A stretch of DNA of 64,000 bases from Lingula anatina. Taxonomy: Eukaryota > Animalia > Brachiopoda. Where the stretch lies: contig CM120645.1 in NCBI GenBank assembly GCA_051362555.1, forward strand, positions 558,001 to 622,000. The letters are read 5' to 3'. Positions within the stretch are counted from its first letter, which is position 1; the number at the start of each line of letters is the position of its first letter. Of this stretch, positions 9,701 through 24,600 are shown one piece after another. The notes beneath the pieces are model-generated. The model searched no databases, had not been told where the DNA came from, and saw only the letters and a program-made list of their open reading frames with translations. A program made the position numbers and the translations under genes.

Positions 9701-12700
9701 TCATTTTCTGGAATCTATTTTTTTCCCTGTGAGATGTAAAAACTATGTAATTGTCCCCAAATTTATACAAAAGACACTGAAAAAACTGCTTAATTTGTTC
9801 CAGTCTATCCGGTGTTCACAAAGACCCCCCTCGATGTGTCTGTTAAGGCGGGAAAAACAGCCAGACTGGAGTGTGCAGCACACGGAGAGCCACAACCAGA
9901 GGTCTTCTGGCAGAAAGATGGGGGTGAGGACTTCCCTGCTGCACGTGAACGGCGCATGATGTTTGCTAGAGAGGACGACGTATTCTTTATCTTAAAAGTG
10001 AGCAGTTTGGACCAAGGGTTGTACAGTTGCATGGCCAGGAATGGAGCCGGAACTATCATCGCTAATGCCACGCTGACAGTGTTTGGTGGGTAGAGTTCGA
10101 TATTCACGCTTTTTTTGTGAATTAAATTCAGCTCTGGACTTAATTTGTTATTAGTTACACCATTTTTTGATTAATCTAGGTCTAATTTGTTCATTCTTAC
10201 ATTTGTCTTGAAGTGTTATTCTTGAAGTTAGAGTGGCACCTACACAGAAGTTTGGGTGTATTTGGAGAACTGTAAGATTATAAGTTGTAATTCCTCTTCA
10301 GAAAACCCGTCATTTGTCAAACCAATGGAGGACAAGCAGACTAAGGTTGGGGAGACCACTGTCCTGGAATGCCTGGCTGCAGGGAGTCCCAAACCCAAAC
10401 TGACCTGGCTCAAGAACGATAAACCGCTGGGGGTGACGGAACGCCATTTCTTTACAGCCAATGACCAGTTACTGGTCATTGTCCAGACACGGCCAGAGGA
10501 TGCCGGGAGGTATACGTGTGAGATGTCCAACACTCTGGGGATGGAAAGAGGGACATCCCAGCTAACTGTTATCAATTTAGAGTCCCCCTCACGTGGAAAC
10601 AATGGCGGTGGATTGGATGACGAGTCCACAACGACAGGGATTATAATAATAGCTGTAGTGTGCTGCGTGGTGGGAACGTCCTTGGTCTGGGTGATCATTA
10701 TTTATCAGACCAGGAAGAGGAGTGACACATACAGCAGTACACCTACAGGTGAGAACATGTGATATGATATTCCTTTATTGTTTTATTAGATGAAGATGTC
10801 TGTTCAGTTCTTTATCAGTATTGGATGGATAGGGGGGTGAAAAATATCTCACAGTGGGATGCTGCTTGAGGAAGTTGGAGAGCTACTAAAAAATTGTCAT
10901 TGAGAAAGTCTGAATGCACTATATTTCATTAAATGAAACTTCCTTTATATAAAGTTATAATAATACAAAAACAGCTATAAGTTTTTATTACCACTGCAAT
11001 ATTTCAGTGTCACACAAAAACGTGGCTTTAGGTGTGCTAATACTGATGGAAAAATGGAATATTGTAATTTTGAATGCATAACACAGCTGATGATTTTTTT
11101 TTTCTGCTGGATCCTTAATAAAATATTATAACCTTTACAGATGAGACAACTTTACCTGGTGACTTGACACCATATAATCCATCAGATGAGGAACGGGAAA
11201 GCTCAAAGTCAGACCAGTTCCTGGAGTATCAGGGACATGTGTTACCCATGTTCCAGTCACACCCCCGGTACGCCAAGGCGGAGTGTGGGCGCACGGCAGC
11301 CATCTTTCCAAGTGATGTGGAGGATGACGATCTAAAACAGTCAGTGCCGCTGACTTGTGATGAACACCAGCCGGCTGCAGAGTCAGGTTTGTACTGAGAC
11401 AATTTAAAAGATTTTTTAACCTATTTTTACATTTTTAAGATTGGTTAAAAATTGTGAAGACAATTTAAACCAAATGTATCTGATATTTTATCTGCCTCAA
11501 TAAAGACCATTCAAGCTTTAGGGTTAGAAACCTCATGTGAGGTATATTCTGGGGCGAGCCGAAATTACAAATTGATACCTGTCTTAAATAGAAAAAAAAT
11601 TGAATAGAAAAAGTAACTTTCATGTTATCCTGTGGAGATATAAAATATTATTTTTTCTGTTTTCCACAGAGCACAGTATCAACAGTTTATCTCTGCCAAG
11701 CAGTGCGTCAGACAGTAGCTCTCCCAGCACACGGAGCACCAGCAGCACTGGACTGAACTCTCTGCAAACTTTTAACCCTCATCCTAAACTAGCCAATCAC
11801 AATGGGGTCCGAGACAGGTCACCAAGCCCAGTGGCCATGATTCATCAGCCACCGCAGTGGTTTAACGCCAGCTCCCTGCCTCACACCAGATCAACAGCAG
11901 ATAGTTATCACTGCTCCAAGTCACCCACAGACAATCCAGGTATTTTTAGCATTTGGATGACATTTTCTAAGCCATTACAATTGTTTATTGTCTTTGTTTA
12001 TAGATAAATAACATTTTTCAAAATGTAGCAGTAGAGTTACTAGTTGAGATTAATAGAACACAGATAGGTCTGATTTAAGGAAAATAGTTTGTTCTTACTG
12101 GAAAAACGCCCTGCATTTTAATTATTATAATTATTATTTTGTAATTTGGAATTAAATTGAATTAAACCTTTCCTCCTTGCCACAGTACTCATGTGTCCCT
12201 GGACATAATTCTCACACCACATCTTTATATTTGTGTTCAATTTCAGAGCCCCCTGCCCCCCACACTGCCTCCTTGCCACAGTACTCATGTGTCCCTGGAC
12301 ATAATTCTCACACCACATCTCACACATTGCCAATACCATATGAAGGTAATGCATTTATTTATTTGTTTATAATTTTAAAAATGCTCAGTTAACATTATGA
12401 TTATGTGAGGTCGTCATTATTTCGTAACTTAACTGTTGACTTTGGTAGTATTTAGACAGATTTTTTTATACCTATGATGCTTGAATTTATAAAAGTTTAG
12501 TATTTATGTAAATAACGTTAATCATTCCAGATCTGTATCCAGACTCTGAGGTTCATCCCAATCATCACTCATCCAGTGCCAGTTCTCCAAAGTCACCAAG
12601 TCACCATACCAGTAGTAATAGTAGTAGTCATCCTCAGCTCAGCCATCTCAGCTCACATCATAATATAGACTCTGGGGACATCCCCAGTGAAAACAATCAC

Positions 12701-12958
12701 AATCACAGACACTTTGATAGTGCTGAACGCCGCCATCGCGGAAGACAAGCGCCTCCTATAGGGGGCAGGTCACAACACAGACAACATGGCGGAAGGACTT
12801 TAAGTTCTCCATCTCAACAACACCATAGACACTTGTATGTGAATCCAATGGATGAAACGTTAGAAACAGCAGGTAGCATTCCAGAGGTTGGTTTGAAATC
12901 ACCTTCTTCAAAACAAAAGGTGGCGCTGCCTCACAGGACAGGAGATGACAGAGTTTAG
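6477..12958 (+). CDS. LRIG: LRIG-family transmembrane receptor, 3' ten exons (LRRs, LRRCT, three Ig domains, TM, cytoplasmic tail)
   Basis: Exons 6477-6698, 7566-7729, 7977-8113, 8317-8494, 9804-10085, 10302-10748, 11141-11386, 11670-11939, 12247-12345, 12531-12958; all GT-AG and phase-compatible. LRIG hallmarks: [82 protein letters not shown]. Stop TAG at 12956-12958. Confidence 0.92.
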
Positions 12959-15630
12959 CAAACAGATTTGTGTATGTTAAGTTCTGGAGAGGAATGCACA
13001 GTGGAAAGATGACTGGATTTATTCTTTTGAGAAATAAGTTCACAATGTGATCACAGCTATGGCAGCCATGCTGCTTAACTGTTCACTTAACATTATGCAA
13101 ATCAAGAAACCCATTTCTTTGCCAAATCTCACAATTGTATAGTTATTATTATATCTTACTACTTATTAAAGTGAATTGGTTGTTTTTCTCTTTTTTTATA
13201 CCCATACAAAGTAAGGGTAAGTGGTATAACTGTAGTGCATTTCTGTTTCATGTGTTCTTTCTTCACACTTTGTGTGTGTAAGTGTATAGTGATGAATTAA
13301 CTTGACAAGGTTATGTAAATATTGTACAGGTATTCCTTGTATATTATGTACAGTGTATGAATCATGCAATATAATTTTTTGTTGGTGGGAGCTAAATTTG
13401 ATCTTCTAAAAGATACTATATAGGGATGTATGGTGGATGTAGCATTTCTATGAAGTAGGTCAAAAATTACCTTAGTTGTATTGTTTCATATCATGATATG
13501 TTGCATCACAAAATCCTAAGACACCAATATTTTGATTTGGCTTTGGGGGATAAAAGTTGGCATTGTTTAGCCAATTGTATAGCATAATACTTTATCTGGT
13601 ACAACTTGTTGAATACTTGTTATTTATGTTATGACCAAGGTTACAAGATCTAGACATTTCTTTAATTTCCCTATTAATCACTACAATCTATGATGTAATA
13701 GATTTGTCTACCATCTAATGTGTGCGTGCGTGTTTGTGTGTGTGCGTGTGTTTGTATGGCACATGATTGCTCATATTAAACCAGTCAAACCAAAGTATTG
13801 CTCAAAGATTCAAGAATCCATAACTTCCTAAAGTTGATGCAGTTTTTCTTGTTTCGTAGAAAGCAAATTTATAGCTGGGATGTCTCGAACTGAAAATAGT
13901 TATATGGGAAACACTAATCCTCAGAGAATCTAATCTCATAACATGAGAAGTGTTTCACTTCTTATCTCTTAATATACCACATCCTGCAAAGTGGAGAAGT
14001 TAATTGGGAAGTAATTTTTTTTTGGAAACGGACCTAGTCATATTTGACATAAACTGCACTGACATTTGATTGAGTTTTTGAGCCATCTCTTGTTCCCAAT
14101 ATTTGTATCCTAATTAAGAAACAGTTCACAAACCAAGATCAGAGCTACCTCAGCCATTGTAGAACAAATAAAAAAGTGAATTTGAGAAATAGATCATGCA
14201 TCGTGATTTTTCTTTTAATTTGGGGGCCTCTTGATGCAACTTTTGGTGTTTAACTGACATATTTGCTAAAATTTGCACATTCTCATAGATCAGTATTATT
14301 ACCAGGCTTTATTTATTAGGGCATGTTGCCATGGATACTATGAAAACACTGGTTGTCATGGATACATGGTAAACAGCACAGTCAAACTGTCCCTGTACCA
14401 GAGGTAGTGGTATCATGTTGTTCCCAAGTTGTAGTATGAAACAAATATCTCTGTTTGTAGTGGATGAATTCTTTGTTATACAATACATACCACAGATGGA
14501 GTGGACTAGATGTATGTACTGGGAAATATAGAAGTAGAAGGAAATTATATCAAGTTTAGGATTCATAAATTTATGAGGAAGTCTAATGCCATCTACCATG
14601 TGTTAAAAATTGATCTTCAAATATGAAGATTGTTAGATTTATGTCAGCATGTCTTGTATACATTTTGGCCAGTTGAATGAAAGTCTCAAATAATAACATT
14701 TGATAAGTTCACTTAGGAGCAGAAACATTTTGTAAACATATTTGGTAGATAACATTTTTTGGTTTTAAAATGTACATTATTTAAAGAGCACGTCTTTTTG
14801 GTTTTAAAATGTACATTATTTAAAGAGCACGTCAGCTTAATTTTAGGGCTGATTTTCCTCTAGATTTTGTTTGGCGGTGGTCATTAACCATCATCTATCA
14901 ATGTTGTCTGTCCTAAGGTGAGATAGATCTGGTTACTGGTCATAAAGTCAAGGCATGCAGCACCCGGGTTCCTCTTTCTTGCAGCTCCATTCAGGTGCTA
15001 AAAACCCTTTGATAGTTGCTCAAATGCCGATATCAAGTCTTGCCATGAGGGGTTTGAACTGAATTGGTCACAACTATATATACAAGTTGTATAGAGCTGG
15101 CTTTGTTTGTTCTAGAAAATGGATCAAGTGAAGTAGTATTGGTTAGATTTTAGGAAAGTGTGTAAAAAAGTCCACTCCATCTGCTGTGTGAAGGTTTGGA
15201 TTATGCTGTGCTAAGATGTTAACTTGTCTGTCCTTGAAATTAATTTTTGAAGCCTGTTTGGTTATTTATTTATTTTGAATTCCCAAACAAAAGACAGTTT
15301 AGATGTCTTAAATGCTTTTATTTCCATAAGACTAGGTAAGTTAATGTACATGATGTCTATGGATAAGACGCAATATACATTTTATCATTATTTACCCAAA
15401 GTCATAAGTAGACTGGGATTTTTGTACATCATATTTGATCAACATGTATTCAGAATGGTGACAACTTAGCAAGAGCATGTCTACAGTTTTCTGTTCATCA
15501 CTTTTGTTACTGGTCCACGTGTCCACTTGGTTGGTATTTATTTAAAGTCACAGATACCACTTGACCAGTGTTCTCCCCACAGGATTTGTACAGCAAGAAA
15601 ATAAAGGAATTAATAAATAAATTAAACTAT
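12959..15630 (+). other. Probable LRIG 3' UTR ending near clustered AATAAA signals
   Basis: AT-rich non-coding sequence after the stop codon, with AATAAA motifs at about 15600-15620 followed by a U-rich tract. The true end is unknown. Confidence 0.4.
14755..14833. repeat. 39-bp perfect tandem duplication
   Basis: tttttggttttaaaatgtacattatttaaagagcacgtc occurs twice in tandem. Confidence 0.9.
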
Positions 15631-15642
15631 ACAAACTGACTT

Positions 15643-15692
<50 letters not shown>

Positions 15693-18600
15693 CATGGCAA
15701 ATTCCATGCACATACAGATTTTCTTAAAGTAAAAATTTAGTTGAAGTGCCCATTCCCGGTGAAACCATCAGCCCATGGTATTCAATCCAACTTGTTGGGG
15801 ACTGTTGCTGAATGCAATCAGTTGAACAGATAAACATGTCTTCAGGATTATTTGAAAGTGGTGGGCTTTTTGTTTGTTTTAGGAAGGAGAGGCCTTGCAT
15901 GGGAAGATGACCATCAACCACCCCTCTTGACGAGGGTTCAAGGGTCCACTTAAGGGCTCTGGAAAATTTTGTTTTTTTTGGAGGGCAAACAATGCTATTT
16001 GTTATAGTTGAGGACTATGATTCAGCTAGTCACAATTCTAATTTCAAGAGGGAACTATTGGTGTGATTGTTTTTCAGAAACCTAATGGGGGGGAGGGATA
16101 AGGCCTCCCCTGACACCTCCCCCTCCTAAATCCCCTTAGGGGCTCATGGCGTCAATAAATACTGGCTGAGTTCCCAGTAATTAATCCCATATACTTGTAC
16201 ATTGTATACAGAGTACATTGTATACAGAGTCCCAGGTTAGTTCTCCACACCTGTCTGCTGGGCTGTTTGTCAGTCAGTCGGGTCAAGTTGCATGTTTTAG
16301 TGACATACGGTTTCCACGACATAAATAATATGACATTATTCACTCGAAAAGTACCATGACCTTGAATTTTGTTTATAATCTTGGCCTTAATTTTGGTGAC
16401 CTTGTAAATAGTTGCAAGTGTTTGGCAGTGGACGTCTCACTTGGTTGGTATTGTTTCTTATAACATGTTTCTATGACAATGGAAAACTGTAATATAGACA
16501 TCATGGCTTTTTAGCTCCAAAAATGCCTTGACCTTGTAATAAATTTTAAAAGTCATTACCTTGACCTTAGGTGACCTTGGCAATAGTTGCAATAGCCTGG
16601 CAATACCTTACTTAGTAGAAATTGATACTTAAAGCATATTTCTGTGACATTGGGTTCCCATGCTATGGACTTCAAGGTGACCAACCCCATCAACTGGCGG
16701 CCTTTTTGGATTTTTGTGAAAAACAAGACTTTGCCATGGGGGGATTCATGGGGGAATTTTTTGGGCTATATTGGGCCTTCAACGGACCAGAATCAGTTGA
16801 GAAACCTTTGTCACCAATTTTTTCCAACCTAAGTTGTTTATTGACTGGCCTCGTGCTGCTCGTGTCCTTATTTATTACCTACCCCCACCCCACCCCCCTC
16901 CCTGCTGAAAAAACATGGGAGTGGTTGTTTTTTAATTTATCAAAAATATTTTGTCAAGGCCAGTGTTATCAGTAAGTCATAAAAACAAGTACATGGAACC
17001 CAGTAGACAATAATTAATTTATTTTAAAAAATTGTCTGGAGTGTCTGGTACATAGCCACATTGGAAAGTGACACCCGCGATATATATAGTTAATTATATT
17101 TAATTTGATCGTGAAAAAATAGTTCTGCACACTTTTGTAGCGCCTGTCTCTTTAAGTGTTGTTGATCTATTGAATATAATACAAGAATGATAAAAACTTA
17201 ACAAAGTATACATTATCCCCATGGCGGTTAATTTATCAATTTTGATATTAATAATTTTTGAAAAATTATCATGTTTGCTAGTTCTACCTGAAATGAAGTA
17301 AGTGAGCGCGGCCTGATACAATATTTGTTTAGAGACGATAAGCTTTGATTTGACTGCAGAACTGCGACACGCCAGCAGCAATTAGACAGAGAAAACCAGA
17401 GAAAATATCTGCAGTTAACTAAAGAGCTGTTACTGACTGTTATTTACCTTAGTAACAGCACCGAGTCCACACAGAAAGTAACTGTACGTCATAGAACTGA
17501 AAGAGAAGGTACTGCCACTGACATAAGTAACAGTGAGTACTGAAGTCTAGCGAAAGTTAAAACTAAAAGTAGATGTTCATGTTGTAATGTTACTTTTAAT
17601 CACTCACAACACTTCTAAATCTTAGTACAAGCTTCTGAAACAATTAAGCAGGTACCACATCACGGGTTCTGGGAAAGTGGAAATGGACTTGTGATATTAG
17701 TTTCGCTAACAGTTTTATTTCCTGATTGCCGCCATTTCTTATCCCATCGGGATCACGTAGTGCTGACATAGAAAAATCTGGGCCCAATGTTATCAGCCTG
17801 GGAACCGGCAACCGGTCTACCGCTAGGTGGATTTTAGACAAACCAGAAGGCTTAGACTTTTGAATTGGGTAAAATTTTGGAGATTTATAGGGTGTCAGAA
17901 ACGGTGTAATATCTCAGTGTCGGCTGTTAACGTACTCAGGGTTACATTTTGTACATTTTCATATTGAGAGATACATTTTGAATAATGTGAGATGCACCGC
18001 TAATTGATCTAGAGCCTATCTAGTGTTAAAATGAGTTTGAAATTTTACCAAAGCTCTTACGGAAGTTCATCTTTAACTCGGATCTTTGTATCTGTAGAGG
18101 CCCACAATTCCTTTTTATAAAGATGACCACTTCAATTTTTACAAGTAATATAATTTAATAATCTTCCCTAGGGTTTGGTAGGTTTTCTTTCACTGATACC
18201 AGGTACCAATCCATATTTGCATTTGAATTCTTTTGTTTTATTTTTGATAAGAAGATTTTGTCTATAAGCCACATAGATGAAAAAAAGTTGCACAGAAAAA
18301 TTAAAACAATATATATTTTAATTGCATATACCTTGCACCTTTAGCTAACTTTATGTGGTTAAAACCTAAAATGATTTCACAAACTGAATTTCTACCAGTA
18401 TATACTGATAGCCAATAACTATTAATATTAGCAACAGCACAGCTCAAGAATATATTTTTTATCCCTTACAAGTATAACAAAGGTTGTAATGGTGCTTACT
18501 GCCACACAGCATTTGGAAATGATGGGTGCTTTTGTTATGTTAATTACAGGTCAAGGTGCGGTAAAATGATTAATCCTGATCCCATTCAGCCTACACAAAA

Positions 18601-21600
18601 TTAATGGAGTCTTTAATAGAATATCTCTAAAATAATTTCTAACTGCATTTATCACATGCTCACACACATACACAGTGAAATAAATAATAATAAATTGCAA
18701 TCTTTGTAATAGGTAAACTGCAACAATAAATCTTAAACAGCACTATTTACAATCAATCTTTATCTTAAACTGCATTGTCCACACTTAATTCATAACAGTA
18801 TTGATAAACATAGTTCATCTGGAATTGAGCTTTGAGCAAACATGCACGCCCATCATCAATTAAAAACCCAATTTGAATCAAGGCCTGAAAATGTTAGAAA
18901 ATAAATGCATGTCAGGGCACCACAAACTGATGTTCTCCACTGTCATGCCCCAATCATTGAAGGTCCTGCATCATTTAAAGTACAATAATTATAAATATAA
19001 AATGATGAGTTTTACAGATGATCTACATCTTCCCGTTATACAGTAATCACATTTACTTAACATTTTCAAAAGGGAAAAATTGTGATTTTAACACATGTTG
19101 TATTCAATATTTTCAAAGTCTTAATTTAAAAAAAAATCATAACATTCCTTGGATGGTACAAACAAAATAAAAAACGTGCTCCTATATAGCTACAGTAAAA
19201 GAACCACAAATGTAGTGGCGGATTTAGCGTTGGATGGGGGGGGGGGGGAATCAGGGGGGTCTTGACCCCCCCCCCCCTTCAATTTCTAAAAAAATCACAG
19301 CAATGGTCCCCGCTTGAAGTTAATATTTTGACTAGCTGAATCATAGTTCTTAACCGTTCCAAATGGCACTGTTCGCCCTCTAAAATACCAATTACCCACG
19401 TGGACCCTCCCTTGAAATGATCCTGTTTGTTTTTTATCCTCTATTTGTTTACTTTTTTCAATTCCCAAGCAAAAGACAATTTAGATGTATTAAATGCTTT
19501 TACTTTAATAAGACTAGGCAAGTTAATTTACATGGTGTCTATGGATAAGACGTACCATACATTATATTATAATCTTCCCAAATGCACAACTAGACTGGGA
19601 TTTTTATACATCATATTTGATCAACATGTAATCAGAATGGTGACAACTTAGGAAGAGCATGTCTACAGTCTTCATCACTTTTGTTACTGGTCCACGTGTC
19701 CACTTGGTTGGTATTTATTTAAAGTCAAGGATACCACTTGACCAGTGTTCTCCCCACAGGATTTGTACAGCAAGAAAATGGGGAATTTATAAATAATTTA
19801 AAGTTAACAAACTGCCCTTTTTTTCTTTTCATGACAAATATCATGTACGTACAGCATTTCCTAAAGTATGGTAAAAATTCATTTGAAATGCCCATTCCCA
19901 GTTAAACTATCAGCCCATGTTGTTCAACCCAACTTGTCGGGGACTGTCGCTGAATGCAATCAGAAGAACAGATTAATACGTCTCTTGGCATTGAATAGAA
20001 TACACAAACGCTGCATGCTGATTATTACACAAAGCATTTCTGAAAGTATTAAGTTTAAACCAGTGAAAAAGAAACTTTTAATTGCGTTACTTAAAAACAG
20101 GACAAAAACAAACAAACAAACAAACAAACAAAAAAATACATATACACATATTACACATGCTAAATTGCTATACCGCAGGGGCTGATCTAGGATTATTTGA
20201 AGAGTGTGGGCTTTTTTGTTGTTGTTTTAGGAATGACAGGCCTTGCATATGAAGCTGACCCTCGTATTCCATGGCGAGGGTTCGAGGGCCCGCTTGAGGG
20301 CCTTGGAAATATTTGGTGATTTGCAGGCAAACTGTGCCATTTGGTACGCTTGAGAACTATGATTTAGCTTGTCACAATTTTAATTTCAAGGGTGGAAATC
20401 TGCGTGATTTATTTTCAGAAACCTAAGGACCGCCTGACACACCCTCCTAAATCTTGAATTGTTGACCATTGCCCCGCTCATCAATTCCCATATACATGTA
20501 CATTGTACACCGAGTCCCAGATTAGTTCTCCACACCTGTCTGCTAGGCTGTGTTTGACGGTCAGTCGGGTCAAGTTGCTGCTCATGACGTCATTCATTAC
20601 CCCCCCCCCCCCCATGGAGTGGTTGTTTTTAATTTATCAATTAAAAACGATAAATGAAAACCTTAGTTAAGGCCAGTTTTATCAGTAAGTCTTTAAAATA
20701 TGTACATGGTACCCATGCAGACAATAATTTATTAAAAATAACTTGTTTACAATGTCTGGTGGATTGGAAAATCACACCCGTGATATATAGATTTCAATTT
20801 GATCGTGAAAAAATAGTTCCACCAATTATTGTAGCGCCTTTTCCTTTAAGTGTTGTTTAATACAAGAATGATAAGAATTTAACAAAGCACATTATCCCCA
20901 TGGGTTTATTAAGAACTGTAATTTTTGAAAAGTTTTCATGAATAGCGTGTTTGTTAGTTCTACCTGAAATGAAGTACATGTACATGTAGGTGACCGCGGT
21001 CTAATACAATATTTGTCTAGAGACGATAAGCGTTGATCTTGTCTGCAGAACTCCGACACGCCAGCAGCAACTAGACAGAGAAAACCAGAAAAATATCTAC
21101 AGTTAACTAGAGAGCTGTTACTGACTGTTATTTACCTTAGTAACAGCACCGAGTCCACACAGAAAGTAACTGTACGTCATAGAACTGAAAGAGAAGGTAC
21201 TATCACTGAAATAAATAATAGTGAGTACTAAAGTCTAGTCAAAGTTGAACCTGAAAAATGATGTTCATGTTGAAGTGTTACTTTTGAACTCACAACCATC
21301 TAAATCTTAGAAGAAGCTTCTGAAACAGGCATGTACCACATCACGGGTTCTGAGAAAGTGGAAATGGACTCGTGATATTGGTTTTGCTAACAGAGTTTTA
21401 TTGCCTGATTGCCACCATTTCTTTTCCCATCGGGATCACGTAGTGCTGACATAGAAAAATCTGGGCCCAATGTTATCAGCCTGGGAGCAACCGGTCTACC
21501 GCTAGGTGGATTTTAGACAAACCAGAAGGCTTAGACTTTTGAATTGGGTAAAATTTTGGAGATTTATGGGGTGTCAGAAACGGTGTAATATCTCAGTGTC

Positions 21601-24600
21601 GGCTGTTAACGTACTCAGGGTTACATTTTGTACATTTTCATATTGAGAGATACATTTTGAATAATGTGAGATGCACCGCTAATTGATCTAGAGCCTATTT
21701 AGTGTTAAAATATGTTTGAAATTTTTCCAAAGCTCTTACGGAAGTTCATCTTTAACTCGGATCTTTGTATCTATAGAGGCCCACAATTCCCTTTTATAAA
21801 GATGACCACTTCAATTTTTACAAATAACATAATTTAATAACCTTCCCTAGGGTTTGGCAGGTTTTCTTTCACTGATACCAGGTACCAATCCATATTTGCA
21901 TTTGAATTCTTTTGTTTTATTTTTGATAAGAAGATTTTGTCTATAAGCCACATAGATGAAAAAAAGTTGCACAGAAAAATTAAAATAATATATATTTTAA
22001 TTGCATATACCTTGCACCTTTAGCTAACTTTATGTGGTTAAAACCTAAAATGATTTCACAAACTGAATTTCTACCAGTATATACTGATAGCCAATAACTA
22101 TTAATATTAGCAACAGCACAGCTCAAGAATATATTTTTTATCCCTTACAAGTATAACAAAGGTTGTAATGGTGCTTACTGCCACACAGCATTTGGAAATG
22201 ATGGGTGCTTTTGTTATGTTAATTACAGGTCAAGGTGCGGTAAAATGATTAATCCTGATCCCATTCAGCCTACACAAAATTAATGGAGTCTTTAATAGAA
22301 TATCTCTAAAATAATTTCTAACTGCATTTATCACATGCTCACACACATACACAGTGAAATAAATAATAATAAATTGCAATCTTTGTAATAGGTAAACTGC
22401 AACAATAAATCTTAAACAGCACTATTTACAATCAATCTTTATCTTAAACTGCATTGTCCACACTTAATTCATAACAGTATTGATAAACATAGTTCATCTG
22501 GAATTGAGCTTTGAGCAAACATGCACGCCCATCATCAATTAAAAACCCAATTTGAATCAAGGCCTGAAAATGTTAGAAAATAAATGCATGTCAGGGCACC
22601 ACAAACTGATGTTCTCCAGTGTCATGCCCCAATCATTGAAGGTCCTGCATCATTTAAAGTACAATAATTATAAATATAAAATGATGAGTTTTACAGATGA
22701 TCTACATCTTCCCGTTATACAGTAATCACATTTACTTAACATTTTCAAAAGGGAAAAATTGTGATTTTAACACATGTTGTATTCAATATTTTCAAAGTCT
22801 TAATTTAAAAAAAATCATAACATTCCTTGGATGGTACAAACAAAATAAAAAACGTGCTCCTATATAGCTACAGTAAAAGAACCACAAATGTAGTGGCGGA
22901 TTTAGCGTTGGATGGGGGGGGGGGGGAATCAGGGGGGTCTTGACCCCCCCCCCCTTCAATTTCTAAAAAAATCACAGCAATGGTCCCCGCTTGAAGTTAA
23001 TATTTTGACTAGCTGAATCATAGTTCTTAACCGTTCCAAATGGCACTGTTCGCCCTCTAAAATACCAATTACCCACGTGGACCCTCCCTTGAAATGATCC
23101 TGTTTGTTTTTTATCCTCTATTTGTTTACTTTTTTCAATTCCCAAGCAAAAGACAATTTAGATGTATTAAATGCTTTTACTTTAATAAGACTAGGCAAGT
23201 TAATTTACATGGTGTCTATGGATAAGACGTACCATACATTATATTATAATCTTCCCAAATGCACAACTAGACTGGGATTTTTATATATCATATTTGATCA
23301 ACATGTAATCAGAATGGTGACAACTTAGCAAGAGCATGTCTACAGTCTTCATCACTTTTGTTACTGGTCCACGTGTCCACTTGGTTGGTATTTATTTAAA
23401 GTCACGGATACCACTTGACCAGTGTTCTCCCCACAGGATTTGTACAGCAAGAAAATGGGGAATTTATAAATAATTTAAAGTTAACAAACTGCCCTTTTTT
23501 TCTTTTCATGACAAATATCATGTACGTACAGCATTTCCTAAAGTATGGTAAAAATTCATTTGAAATGCCCATTCCCAGTTAAACTATCAGCCCATGTTGT
23601 TCAACCCAACTTGTCGGGGACTGTCGCTGAATGCAATCAGAAGAACAGATTAATACGTCTCTTGGCATTGAATAGAATACACAAACGCTGCATGCTGATT
23701 ATTACACAAAGCATTTCTGAAAGTATTAAGTTTAAACCAGTGAAAAAGAAACTTTTAATTGCGTTACTTAAAAACAGAACAAAAACAAACAAACAAACAA
23801 ACAACAAAAAAAAAAAAAAAAAAAAAAAAATACATATACACATATTACACATGCTAAATTGCTATACCGCAGGGGCTGATCTAGGATTATTTGAAGAGTG
23901 TGGGCTTTTTTTGTTGTTGTTTTAGGAATGACAGGCCTTGCATATGAAGCTGACCCTCGTATTCCATGGCGAGGGTTCGAGGGCCCGCTTGAGGGCCTTG
24001 GAAATATTTGGTGATTTGCAGGCAAACTGTGCCATTTGGTACGCTTGAGAACTATGATTCAGCTTGTCACAATTTTAATTTCAAGGGGGAAATCTGCGTG
24101 ATTTATTTTCAGAAACCTAAGGACCGCCTGACACACCCTCCTAAATCTTGAATTGTTGACCATTGCCCCGCTCATCAATTCCCATATACATGTACATTGT
24201 ACACCGAGTCCCAGGTTGGTTCTCCACACCTGTCTGCTGGACTGATTGACAGTCAGTCGGGTCAAGTTGCATGTTTTAGTGACATACATGTACGGTTTCC
24301 ACGACATTAATAAATAATATGACATTATTCACTCGAAAAGTACCTTGACCTTGAATTTTGTTTATAATCTTGGCTTTAATTTTGGAGACCTTGAAAATAG
24401 TTGCAAGTGTTTGGCAGTGGACGTCTCACTTGGTTGGTATTGTTTCTTATAACATGTTTCTACGACAATGGAAAACTGTAATATAGACATCATGGCTTTT
24501 TATGCTCAAAAAATGCCTTGACCTTGTAATAAATTAAGTCATTACCTTGACCTTAGGTGACCTTGGCAATAGTTGCAATAGACTGGCAATACCTTACTTA

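Noticed and set aside
15645-15692. Long poly-T as the tail of an antisense retrocopy
   Set aside because: The paralogous copies have only a short T tract at this position and no TSD or insert is visible, so simple homopolymer expansion is more likely.
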